Assembly (NCBI GenBank): GCA_951406725.2
Contig: OX597818.1
Location: forward strand, 7,812,001 to 7,876,000
From: Octopus vulgaris
Lineage: Eukaryota
Direction of reading: 5' to 3'
Length of the DNA: 64,000 nucleotides
Made by a program: the position numbers and the translations under genes. Of the stretch, positions 1 through 12,240 are shown one piece after another; position 1 is the stretch's first letter, and every line of letters begins with the position of its first letter. The notes beneath the pieces were generated by a model, which was given only the letters and a program-made list of their open reading frames with translations, searched no databases and was not told the DNA's origin.

Positions 1-600
1 ATGGTAGCTAAATTGAGATTATAAATATGAGAAGCAAGATTGCACAAGGTAACTACACAGAAGATTGAGGAACTAATCCTTGATTAAAAATGTAAAAAAT
101 TTATGTTGGACTTCGCCGGACATCAGAAATTTGAAAAGCACCTAGTGTAGCATATTATCATATAATTTCTTGCATTCCCTCCAACTAATAACATAGCAAT
201 TCTAAAATGTTGGCACTTGTTAGCATATTCAATCGATTATATAATAGATTAACATTTCTCCTTAAATGCTTTCTGATTCCTCTTTTCATCCCTGGAAACA
301 TATTGTCCTTCTGCACAATGTTATATAATGAGATAAGCCAACATTTTTCAGAGTAATAGCAATCATGCAATGTCTATAATTACTGACAACTATCCATTTT
401 CTTATTCACATATTTTAGCGTCATTTTCCATTCTGTTATCCATGATGGTGTCTTAATATTCGATTCAATCTTTGCAGAATAGTTTATTATAAATGTGCAC
501 GATTGTAAAATATTCAAGGTTGGATCCATAAATACAGGAACTTTCAAGTTTGCTTATACGTTATTGACAAATCTTCACATCGTAAATATTCTGCTATATA

Positions 601-1858
601 CTGGGCTGAGGAATAAGTCATGAGCGTATTTTCCAAATTTATCTTAGAGAAAAGAACTACAACAGATTAATCAATAATATACTCTCCGTTGTTGACTACG
701 TCTTCCTCCCATCGTTCAAAAAGTATTTCGATGTCTCGGTGATAGAAATATCCCGGTCTTGACTCAAAGAATTCGCCCAACCAAGCCCTCAATTCCACGT
801 CTTTATCGGATGATGCACCACGCAAAGCGTGTGAAAGTGGTCGAAAGAGATGAAAATCTGACGACGCTAAGTATGGAGAATATGGAGGATGCGGCAGCAC
901 TTCCCTTTCGAGTTCTCGAATCGCGGCTTTGATCATATTGGCGATGCGAGGACGGGGGTTGTCGTGTTGCAGAAGACCACTTATTCGGTCGTTTTTGCTG
1001 AATAGCTTCGTCGAGTCGGTGCAGTTGTTGAACGTAAACCTTCGCACTGAATGTCGGGTGCGCTCAAGCAGTAGTAATGAATTATGCCTTCCCTGTCCCA
1101 ACATACACAGAGCATGTTCTTTCGAGGATGAAGGTTGTTTTTTTTTTAGCAGATTAGCTTGTTTGCTGGGGATGAGCCATTCTTTTCTCTGCTTCATATT
1201 GACGCAAAGGTACAAATTTTCTTTACCAGTGCCAATGCGGTAAAGAAAACGCTGTTTGTGACCGTGTGTTTGGCCATGTCGAGCGACCAAACTTGGCGGC
1301 AACTGTGGAGCGTTGATTTTCGTTCAAAGTGTGTGGCACCCAAGCTTCAAGTTTCTGAACCTTTCCCATTAGATGAAAGTGGTTCACCACAATATTTTTT
1401 TCTCACAATCCATCTGCTCCGCATATTCTCTGGTCGTTTGACGTGAATTTTCGTGAAAAGGTTGATTCAATCACTCTTCATCGAACTCAATTGGTTGACC
1501 GGTGTGTAATCCGTCCTTCAGTTCAAAATTCCCAATTTGGAAGCGCGAAAACCCACTGGTGGCGGTACTTTAAGGCATTAATCTTTCTCCATAAGCAGCA
1601 CAAATCTCACGAAGAGCTTCGGCGATCTTAATACCTCGATTAAATGCAAAAAGCAAGTGGTATGGAAAATGGTCAGTTTTGTCCACTTGGCTTTCCATTT
1701 TAATTATCTGAAAATATACAAAAATCAATAAAATGTTAAAAAAATCAAAACATATCTCGTAGAGTAAAACGATTCTCTTTTACATAACATAAAACGCTTC
1801 GTTTCTGCGTGCATTTTAAAATTTGAACAAAACGCTCATGAATTATTACTCAACCCAA
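601..1858 (-). mobile_element. Full-length (defective) mariner DNA transposon
   Basis: Imperfect ~40-bp TIRs (CTGGGCTGAGGAATAAGTCATGAGCG at 601; CGCTCATGAATTATTACTCAACCCAA ending 1858), TA on both sides (599-600, 1859-1860), ~1.26 kb, transposase inside. Confidence 0.95.
667..1698 (-). pseudogene. Mariner (DD34D-type) transposase pseudogene
   Basis: ATG at 1698 gives MESQVDKTDHF..LLFAFNRG..EICAAYG; motifs WVPHTL, HDNPRP and PPYSPYLASSDFHLF; several stops and frameshifts. Confidence 0.92.
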
Positions 1859-1899
1859 TATATATAATATAATATAATATTATATAATATTATATTATA

Positions 1900-1964
<65 letters not shown>

Positions 1965-1977
1965 CTGTGTGTGTGTG
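1859..1977. repeat. (ATATA)n/(TA)n/(TG)n microsatellite
   Basis: Direct reading. Confidence 0.95.
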
Positions 1978-2494
1978 GTCACATATACTCATTTCGCTAA
2001 CGTTTTATTAACGAAATAAACCATTATATGTATATGTATATAATGATTCAGTTCGGGCATTCGTCGTGACAAGACGTACTTTTCATAGCTCCCGTCAAGT
2101 CAGTAGCCAAAGAAGCATATTTCAACTCAAGCCAGCAGAAACTCTCCTTGTTTTTAGTCCCAGAACTTTTGAATTCTACAATTCTACTATTCTACTCTTT
2201 TACTACAATCGGAGGATAAATTTATACAAATCTATATACAACTTGGAGAATGAAATATAAACCAAATCTAAACCCAAGACTAGTTCTAAAACAAGTCCCG
2301 TGAGTACAATTCTTTTTTCTTGATCTGTATTAAACACACCGCTCATCCTGATTTGTACTAAATACACTGAACTCTCCCGCACACAAGCCACGCATTTCCG
2401 AATATATCGACACAAACTTTTCAACGGTGTATTCACTATTATACATCAAGCCATCAATAACTGACGTACAGTGTATAATACTGTCCCACTGAAT

Positions 2495-3637
2495 ATGGCC
2501 AATAATATTCAAACACTCCACTGGATTGAAAATGAAATCGCTGCATTAATAAACGCTTGGTACACTCACCACAACGAAGCTAATTTTTACAGTAAAATAG
2601 CTGAAAAATTAGCAAAACAATCCTCTCACAGATCGAAAATAAAATTAAAGAGATTGTATGAACATTTCCTATTTTCCACACCACATGGCAACACTAGAAG
2701 CCATCCTTGTCAATGAATGCAGTGCACCAAATGACCTAATTCCAACAGGTCAGGGGCCACTTCAATGACCCGATAGCCAGCAACAAACATCTGACCTAAT
2801 TCCGCCCATTCCACCCAACACTACCTTGGCAAGCCAGAACTCACTATCACAACAGCCTGCTTCTGCTACTACATTGGAACCAGTACCTGACCCGATTTCA
2901 CCCAGCCCTGCTGTTGCAAGTCAAGTTTCACTGCTGCTACAGCAACAACAACAACAACAACAACAACACTCTGCTACTGCTACTACACCCAGAATAGAAA
3001 AACCACTACTACACCCACATAAAATACCCTGCCGTTACTATTCTCAAGGCAACTGTAGATTTGGCCCCAGGGGAATCCAACAACAAGGGACGCTGTGCTT
3101 TTTTTCCATCCTATCTTATGTCGTAGACTTGTTAAGGGCATCTGTCCATATGGTATAACGGGAAAAAACTGCCCTCACCTCCACCTCAAATACTGTCCTA
3201 AATACAGAGTCCATGGTCCTGATCCCAGATATGGATGCACAAAAGGCAATGGATCCACCTTCTTCCATCCTAAACTGTGCCAAACTTCTGTGCCACTAAG
3301 GATGTGCCTGAACCCAGAATGCAACCACCACCATCTGAAGGGCACAAAACGATCACAAAATAAATATAAACAGCAACAGAGATCTACGACAACAAAAACA
3401 AACTACAACCACGTTTCCCCTCCTACAATCAAACAACGTAGACAGAACCATGAAAAAACCATAACTCCAAATAACACCAACATGAAATATGTATCCTCTG
3501 ACCAAGTGGCAAACCAAAGAGGTAACTCTTTTTTACAGACTTACCTAGAAAATATGAAGGCCGACCTAAGCCAGGAGATCCAACGAGCTATCAGCAACCA
3601 CCTATGCAAATCACAAGGACCACATACCCACTACTAA
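2495..3637 (+). pseudogene. LINE ORF1 remnant: Myb/SANT-like N-terminus, P/Q-rich linker, tandem CCCH-type zinc fingers
   Basis: HWIENEIAALINAW..FYSKIAEKLAKQ..KIKLKRL; CRYYSQGNCRFG, CPYGITGKNCPHLH, CPKYRVHG..GCTKG..FFHPKLC; broken by stops and frameshifts. Confidence 0.7.
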
Positions 3638-3719
3638 CAAGAAAATCATACACACACAGCTCCATAAAAGAACTACCCACATTGTTACCGCTGAACAACA
3701 TAAAACCTAATTTAGAACA

Positions 3720-6466
3720 ATGCAAACATCAAACTTCCCTTACCTCGACATTCCTGTTAAATGTACGTGGCATCGACCCATCAATTATTGTCCAAAAATG
3801 GAAGATCCCATATATAGAGAGTTGGCTTGCCGAAACGGCACATTGCTTCCTTTCTTTATCCTTACCGAGACTCACCTGAACAACACCCATATGGACGCCG
3901 AGGTGAAAATAAAAGATTTCACCATTGTTCGTGCGGATCGCACAGACCGAAATAAGGGAGGGACAGCCATCTTTATCCATGACTCCTTTTCACTTGATGC
4001 CAAGGACATATTTTCCAATGGCTATTGTGAATCTGTATCACTATTCAGCAAGGCCAAGGACATAATCATTGTTGGTCTTTACAGGCCTTCCCAAGCACCT
4101 CTAAAGTGCTTTGAAGAGTGCCTTAGCAAAGTCAGGTCCTTCCTTCGGAAGTACAACTCCGGAAACATACTAGTGATGGGTGATTTTAACCTCCCTCGTG
4201 TGAACTGGCCCACAAATACTCTGAAGTTAGGCAAATGTTCTACATCAGATAGAGCAACAGCAGAACTGCTTTTTAATCTGATGGATGACTACTTCCTGAC
4301 TCAGCTAGTGCTCGAACCAACGAGACAGAATAAAACGATCTTGGATCTGGTATTGACCAATCACTCTAGCTTCGTTCACAGCATTTCAGTTGAGAAAACT
4401 CTCCTCTCAGACCATGACATGATACTCTGCAATTTTTATTCCCGACATATAAAAACCAAACCAGCCAATCCCACTCCATGGCACTCATTTGACAACATAA
4501 ACTTCCACAAAGCTGGGCTTTTACTCTCAATTCCACCCATATTGAGATCGCATGGTAGCACTTTGAAAACTTGTCACCTATACATGCTCTAAACACGCTC
4601 CCACAAAATCTACTAACACAAACAGAAACCGGCTCCGTAAAAAGAAAAAAAAACACTCATCAGGCGCATCAAAAGACTCAACAAAACAATCAACTAATTA
4701 AAATATTCCCACACACAACATCCACATTCAACAATAATGAAAAGGATAGAGCTGGAAAAACTTCATCTGCAGACCGACATGAAAACCTCCATTGAAAATC
4801 AAAGACCTGTGGAGGAACAGTGGGTAATCAAAAACATCAAACAGAACCCAAAAGTGTTCTATTCTTATGCAAATAAGCATAGAAGCACTGTCTCACCCAC
4901 TGGGCCATTGATTGATGATAACGGCATTCCCCAACACGATGCTAAAGAAATGGCAGAAATACTGCAGAAACAATACTGCTCTGTCTTCAGTGTTCCCACT
5001 GATATTGACGTAAGAGAAGCGAACGAAGTTGACTCCCAACATAAAATCTCAGACATAACCTTCACTGCCACTGACATCATAGCAGCAATAAATGAGGTCA
5101 AATACTACTCTGCTGTAGGCCCTGATTGATTCCCCACTAGTCTCCTGCAGGAATGTAGACACCAACTAGGATAGCTGATTTCCTGGAGACCCACAAACTC
5201 CTAAATGCAAATCAGCATGGCTTTCGCTGTGGCAGGGACTGTCTAACACAGCTCTTACACCACATTGAAGATGTACTCAAAGTCTTGGGAACAGGTTCGA
5301 ACTCTGCCGTCATTTATCTTGACTTCAGCAGAGCGTTCGACAGGGTAGACCATAATATCCTACTCTCAAAATTGGCAAATGTTGGAATCCGTGGAAAAGT
5401 TCTACACTGGATTAAGTATTTCCGGGCGAATAGAATACAACATGTTGTAGTTGATTGAGTCCACTCAAGCCCAGCAAAAGTCACCAGCGGTGTCCCCCGG
5501 GGGACTGTCTTGGGTCCGCTACTCTTCATAATTTACATAAACAACATTTCCAGTGTCGTACATTACTGCAAAGTGAAAATATTTGCTGATGACACTAAGA
5601 TCCAGCAAATCGTCAATGAAGAAGCAGACCGAACTCAACTCCAGTCTGATCTATATGCTGTGAGTCAATGGGCAGACAGAAACAAAATGCAACTGAACGA
5701 GGGAAAATTTGAGCTGATGCATTTTGGAAGAAATTCCTCACTAAAACAGCCATACGCTCTTCCTTCAGAGCAACCGCTCACAGCCTCTAACAATATCAGA
5801 GACATGGGTGTAATTGTTGATGACGATCTCAGTTGGAGTGCGCACATCAACAAGAAGGTCGATATAGCTCGTAGGATGAGTTCCTGGATCTTAAGAACTT
5901 CCCGGTCCAGAGAACAAGGTGTCATCATACCACTTTTCTCCTCCTTTGTACGGCCACACATCGAATACTGCTGCCCACTGTGGTCTCCCCATACAAGAAA
6001 AAACATCTCGAGGATTGAATCACCCCAGAGGGCACTCACTAAACGAATTGAAGGCATGGCTGCTCTCGATTATTGGGATCGCCTTAAAGCCTTGAACCTC
6101 TACTCTCTCCAGCGTCGCAGTGAGCGGTACATCATTTGTACGATGTGGAGAATATACCGCCAACTTTGCCCAAACGACCTGAACATTAGCTTCAAGGTTC
6201 ATCCAAGACTGGAACCACGGGCCATACGTCCCCTGCCCAATTCAAGATCACAGCATACAAGTACACTGCGACGTAATTTCTTTTCCTCAACAGACCCTGC
6301 CCTATTTAACATTGTCCCGAAAGAGATCAAAGAGGAAAAGGATTCCATAAACTTTAAACGGAGCCTGGATAGATTCCTTCAAAGAATACCAGATAAGCCA
6401 CCCATAATTGGATACAACTCACCTAACAAAAACTCACTACTTGAATGGACCATAAGCAAAACTTGA
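3720..6466 (+). pseudogene. LINE ORF2 remnant (APE endonuclease + reverse transcriptase)
   Basis: EN motifs LTETHL, GGTAIFI, GLYRP, MGDFNLP, PTR..ILDLVLTN, SDHD; RT motifs QHGF, YLDFSRAFDRVDH, SGVPRGTVLGPLLF, FADDTK, VRPHIEYC..WSP. Confidence 0.93.
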
Positions 6467-6589
6467 CTTAAACAGGATTCAAATTATCCTATCAGGTGCT
6501 GCTATTAAGTTAGACATGGCCTGGACCAATCTTTGGTCGAATCATATCTAAGTTTATCTAAGTTTATATATTTTTTAATTCATTTTTTC

Positions 6590-6782
6590 CTTTTCATTTA
6601 TTTCAGTCACCTGACTGTGGCCATGTTGGGGCACCACCTTTACTCGAACAAGTCGATCCCAGGATTTAGATCTATTGATCTCTTTTACCGTATTGATATG
6701 TTACGGTGACGTAAACTCACCAACATCGGTTGTCAAGCGATGGTGGGGGTCTAACGTAGACATACAATTATATACGTATATA
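6590..6782 (-). mobile_element. 3' half of a tRNA-derived SINE (octopus-type), split by a Tc1 insertion
   Basis: Homologous to the left half of the uninterrupted copy at 37050-37512 (e.g. GGTTGTCAAGCGATGG); continues at 8400-8625. Confidence 0.75.
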
Positions 6783-6784
6783 TA

Positions 6785-8397
6785 CAGTTGCGGCCAAAAT
6801 GTTCAGAACGGCATTGTTTTCGTCGGAAAAGTAGGTATAAGTTTTTATCAAAGTTGTTTTATATTCTATAATTTTCACAGACAATAAATACAATATTAAT
6901 TGTTATTGTCTGAGATTTCGGTGTAATTTGAGAGGATAATACAATGGTTATGGATGATTTAGAGATTTACTGCAAAACCCATGGCAGTCAAAATGATCAG
7001 AACGGTTGCTTTTACTCCGTGTTTTAGTATATTTAACCGGTGAACTCTAATGTTTTGAATTTGTTTAACTGACGGTTCGTTTACTAAACATTAGTAAGAG
7101 TATCTGCCGTGTACTTTGTTAATATAATGCCACTTACTCCGTTACCAATTCGTCAGCAGGTTATTAAGCTTCGAAAGAAGGATAATTTAAGTATTGGGTC
7201 TATTGCAAAGATTGTTAACAAGTGAAAAAGTGTTGTTCACGGTATTCTTAAGGTCTACGATGATTGTGGTTCGTGTGAAGCAAGAAAGTCTACAGGTAGG
7301 CCAAGAAAAACGACCAAGAGAGAAGATCGTGCTATGGTAAATTTGGTTAAAAAGGACAGATTTATACTGCTGCTGCTGTTTCTCGGGAAATGAGCATTGT
7401 ATTGAAGAAAACTTTATTTCGAAAAACTGTGCCTCGTCGTTTAGTTGAACATGACCTACAAGCAAGACCACCTGCAGTGAAGCCACTGATCAGCTCCAAG
7501 AATAAAAAGTGTCGTCTTACCTTTGCAACCGAATATGTGTTGTGGTCTCAAGAAAAATGGCAAACGGTGCATTACAGTGATGGATCGAAGTTTATGTTAT
7601 TTGGCTCAGATGGGAAAGGGTACGTTTGTCGAAAAGTAGGTGAAAAATTGTTGCCTAAATGCCTTAAGACTAGTGTTAAATTCGGTGAAGGAAGTGTCAT
7701 GTTTTTTTTTTGGGGGGGGGGTGATATCTGGAGATGGTGTGGGTCCTTTGGTGCGATTACATGGAAAGGTAAATGCAGGAGTTTATAAACAACTTGTAGA
7801 AGAACATGTCTTGCCTGTGCTGAGAAATTCAACTAAGCGATCACCCATATTAATACAGAACAATGCCCCATGTTACAAGGTTAAGTTGGTCATGAACTTC
7901 CTCAAGGCTGAAAAGATTATTGTTATGGATTTTACTGCTCAAAGTCCAGATCTTAATCCTATTGAAAATGTGTGGAATATTCTAGGAGAACGTTCGAAAG
8001 CCAGAAATCCTAAAACAACCGAGCAATTATGGAATCACCCAGCAAGAAATTGAAAATTTAATTTTTTCATGTAGTCGAAGATGTCAAAGTGTGATTGAAG
8101 CTAAAGGGCTTCACACTAAATATTAAATAATTCCAGTATTCTCAGTCAATTTTTGATTATTTTGTTATTTTTTCAACCGTTCTGATCATCTTGACCGCTA
8201 TTGGTTTTGCAGTAAATCACTAAATCATCCATAACTTTTGTATTATCCTCTCAAATTACACCGAAATCTCAGACAATAGTAATTAATATTGTATTTATTG
8301 CCTGTGAAAAATATATAATATAAAACAACTTTGATAAAAACTTATACCTACTTTTCTGACGAAAATAATGGCGTTCTGAACATTTTGGCTGCAACTG
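6785..8397 (+). mobile_element. Tc1-family transposon with ~224-bp IR/DR-type TIRs
   Basis: TIRs 6785-7008 and 8174-8397 starting CAGTTGCGGCCAAAATGTTCAGAACG, inner direct repeat GGCAGTCAAAATGATCAGAACGG, TA on both sides. Confidence 0.96.
7127..8126 (+). pseudogene. Tc1 (DD34E-type) transposase pseudogene
   Basis: MPLTPLPIRQQVIKL..TGRPRKTT..EDR; YSDGSKF, QNNAPCY, QSPDLNPIENVW, GLHTKY*; frameshifts. Confidence 0.92.
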
Positions 8398-8399
8398 TA

Positions 8400-8620
8400 T
8401 ATACCTATATATATATTTATACACACACACCCACATACATACATATATATATATACGATGGGCTTCTTTCCGTTTCCCTCTACCAAATCCACTCACAAGG
8501 CTTTGGTCGCCTCGAGGTTGTAGTAGAATACATTTCCCGAAGATGCCCCGCAGTGGGATGGACCATTGAACCCGGGAGCATAAGGTTGGGAAGTAAGCTT
8601 CTTACTACACAGTCACTCGT

Positions 8621-8625
<5 letters not shown>
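8400..8625 (-). mobile_element. 5' half (tRNA-like head) of the SINE split by Tc1
   Basis: Minus strand reads GTGACTGTGTAGTAAGAAGCTT (A-box-like) and GGGTTCAAT (B-box-like); matches 37350-37512. Confidence 0.75.
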
Positions 8626-8668
<43 letters not shown>

Positions 8669-8744
8669 GAGAATGATTTTCAAACATACTTTGAATCTAA
8701 GGAATGTTATGTGATTAGTTACATGAACAAATTCCTATATGAAC

Positions 8745-8872
8745 GTCGGATGGGACTGGGAAGGCATAATTCATTACGAACCGCTTGAACGCAACCAGAC
8801 ACTCAATGCGAAGGTCTACGTTCAATAACTGCACCGACTCGACGAAGCTATTCATAAAAAACGACCGAAAAG
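8745..8872 (+). mobile_element. Internal mariner transposase fragment (same family as 601-1858)
   Basis: WDWEGIIHYEPLERNQTLNAKVYVQ*LHRLDEAIHKKRP; closely similar to the reverse complement of ~985-1105. Confidence 0.85.
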
Positions 8873-8889
8873 TTTGTTACATGAACGAG

Positions 8890-10330
8890 TATGTATAGAG
8901 AACATGCTGCATATTTCCTTTCAATTTTGAAACAGCAAAATGTGAGGAATTTACTGCGTAAGATTTGTAAGTGTTCGTCGACTTCTGGTTTGCAACAGAA
9001 AAATATTGCTATCCGTGAAGCTCTACACTGTGTGCTATATGGATATGTAAAACCAAAAACAATCTTGTAAGAAACTTAAATGTGGAGGATGCCATGAAAC
9101 CATACTTACAGAAGAGGCACATATAGAATATAATTTTTAGCAGCAAAAGTACTGAAATTGTGAAATAAAGTTCAAGGGAATTTGTAAAGTTTGCAGCATG
9201 TACTGCCAGTCAATTTCTGCCAATACGATGACTGTATTAGCGTAGATTGGATGTGGGAATTGATATATTCGTGCTAGGAAAAAATACTATGTATTGCGTT
9301 TAGATGATTCATAAATCAACAAAAAACAAGAAATAAAGGAAAGGAAAAATAGGATATATAACATGGAACAGAAATATATAGTCGGCAAATTTAGTTCTGA
9401 TAGAAAAACTTTGAAAATTGGGATACAGGGAGTGTTTTTGTTATGATATAAGCAATCTCATACAAGGCCCGATTCTAATATAACTGATGAATATATTGGA
9501 TGGAAAATAAAGGATTTAAAACAACCTCAAAGTTTACGTGGTATTAATATTGATGTTACCAGCACTTTACCAGTAAGCTCATTGAAAAGATTAGCAGTAA
9601 CATGCAAGAAATGCATTAACAACCCTTGTGCACAGCTACTTTGCAGCTGTTATCTTAATCTCACCAAGAGCAATAGATCTCAATATTAGTGTATATTTCC
9701 AACATTTCTACAGATCCATTGCAAATAGCTTACATGATATTTTTGTAGCTAATGCAATCATTATTAGACAAAACATATCAAGGTCACGTGACTGGATGAA
9801 TTGAAATATGAAATATTATTACCGTTTTTTTATGTTTTATTCACATATTTGTGTTAGAAGGGATTGTAAATATCAATATTGCCGCGTAACATTATGTGCC
9901 TTTGCTAAGCGCACGAAACAGTACTAATAGATTAATTTTGTCTTACATTATTGAATATCCAATGAGAATTCATGTGTGAGTGCATTGGCTGTAAAGAAAT
10001 TCTGGAACAAGTTGTCCAAGAAACTAAACGCAAAATTGAAAAGTCAGCGCAATAATGAGTTACAATTTGAGAATTTCTGTTAAGAATATTCATCAATCAG
10101 CTTAATATGTTTACTAGAACCAGGGATTGTTTTGTGGTTTGCTGCTTCATGATTAAACCACTCTCCACATGTTAATAAATGGAACATCGGCTCTTACCAC
10201 ACTGATCATCTCGACATATTCTGTCACGAATGTGAGATGTGCCAGTTACTGACACCGTCTCTAATTTCTTTGCTCATGCCTCTTACCTTATTTGTTTCGA
10301 AATATAGTGAAATATGTTTATGGATAGATG
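8890..10330 (+). pseudogene. Degraded coding-like sequence, possibly NACHT/NLR-type (unconfirmed)
   Basis: Long stop-poor frames with LHER..EHAAYFL, LGYRECFC and loosely LRR-like stretches; no definitive motif. Confidence 0.22.
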
Positions 10331-10369
10331 TGTTTTGTAGAAAGCAAAATTATTAACTCACAAAAACTA

Positions 10370-10850
10370 AGCATACAAACTCTGATCACTGACCAGTGCA
10401 GATAAAGATATAGAATCGGAGCTGAAAAACAGATGGGCTGCTTTGGAAGCCAATGTATCTGTTTTACATACCCAAAGAATGTTTAAACACCGCCGCTCAG
10501 AAAAACATTACGAACAATAGAGCAGGTAACATATAAAAATAGATTAAAAATCAGACAGAAATTTGTTATGCGAAAGAGAAAATTAAGGAGATTAATAACT
10601 AAAAGTATCAAGAACGGAATAAAAATCTGAAAGGGAAATGTGATCAGAGAAAGACTTAGTGGATAACGGAGGATACTCATGACACAAGAAACCGATTCTA
10701 CGTGATTCCTATACCAAGCATTAAAAAGCAATTAAAAGAGAAACAAACCTGTTATCTGCAGAATGATATAATAAGCGAACAAGATATCTGAATACACCGG
10801 AAGCGGGCAACTGCAGATATTTCAGAAAGAAAATGAGGTTGATGCGTGTA
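10370..10850 (+). mobile_element. Degraded RTE-like LINE fragment (EN-RT linker region)
   Basis: IESELKNRWAAL.., WITEDT, KKQLKEKQTCYLQN resemble the RTE linker; heavily decayed. Confidence 0.35.
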
Positions 10851-11129
10851 ATACTATATGATCTGTCTATCCAAATCAAAGAGATTTCACTTTATGTTGC
10901 TTCAAGTGGTATCTCAAACTGATCGTTCGCAAAGCTTTCGTGACATTCATTTGGTTCATATACATTACTGTTCTTCCCGATTTGTTTTGTATTCGCCAAG
11001 CTTTTTGCTTGAAATCATACGTTTTTACTGGCAAATATTGCTGATGATTCGTTTTGTGTGTTTGAAATATAGAGAAACAAATATTGTATCTTTTCTTATA
11101 ATACAACTCTAATTCTGTTGTTATCTTAA

Positions 11130-12240
11130 ACTAAAACTAATGGGAAAGCCACGGGAAGTAACCAGCTATGAACCTATCATTGGTTTTCCAGAAGTTTGAA
11201 AACTCCTCAGAATCCCAAAAGAAATCTAAACTTATTTAAGCACCAAATTACCGCTACCACATTGCTGGGAACAATGCAACAAAGATAGTTCAAATCCTTT
11301 CATAAAAAAGCTATGATTGGTAATTATGAAAGAAAACAAACAATTATATTTTACCTGGATTGATTATAATATAACTTTGATCATAACCCTGCAATTCTAG
11401 ATAATCAAATGCTTAGTAATTCTCAAAATAGGCTTTAGTATCAAGTCCTTTCACAGAATTAATACGAAGCACTTCGTGAGAAAGTACTCACGTACTGCAC
11501 TGACCAACTTCGAAAGTAAAGAGAAATAGTAAGATATATTAAAAAGACTACATATCTACATGATATATATAAATCAAACGAATCCCATATATTAAGAAAG
11601 GTCACGGCAGGGACATGAAGGAAGATAAAGTGTACAAAGCCTATGCAATGTATTATTTGTCGTTTGCCTGAAATTATTCAATAAAAACGAAAAACAACGT
11701 AATAATTTCATTACAGTTGCACGGATATTCGTTGAGGAATTGATAAATTACAGTATCCCGGAGCTTCTTATCATGTTTATGATCAAGAAAAAATGTGTGA
11801 TATGAGTAATTTAGCTTCTTACAGGTAAAAAATATAGATCAAGTTCAAAAGGTCCATATAAATAAACGCATAGAATACAGATAGTATCGAAAGGCAAAGA
11901 ATAGAGAAATATGTAGACATCAAAAGTGACGAGGAAATAAGATCCTACCTGAAAAGTATAAACATTTTATCACTGCAAACAACTCAAGCACTCTTTGGAG
12001 TAGCTAAGAAGTGTAGATTATTAATAAGAAGACTATAGAGTTTCACAAGAAAGGAGCAAAAAATTGCCTTGATAGAGTGTGTTTGAAAGCGAAGCGATGA
12101 TAATATTTAACAAAATGTCTCACAGTAGTTACTTTCGACAGTCTACATTCTGCTACCAACGTTAGAAAATTATTATGACTAGAAGAAAGACCGCCCTCAT
12201 ATTTGATTCCAATTTCTAATAAATTTTATATTTTACGTCT
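11130..12240 (+). mobile_element. Degraded R4/Dong-type LINE RT fragment
   Basis: SYEPIIGFP (NYRPITCLP) and FTWIDYN..IIKCL (AWIDYKKAFD..) are collinear with the copy at 31206-33905. Confidence 0.65.

Larger units (their letters stand above)
2060..6567 (+). mobile_element. CR1/L2-group non-LTR retrotransposon (near full length, degraded, internal RT deletion near 5170)
   Basis: ORF1 followed by APE-RT ORF2; 3' stem-loop GACCAA-tct-TTGGTC (6524-6538) and tandem tail (TATCTAAGTT)x2. The 5' boundary is approximate. Confidence 0.88.
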
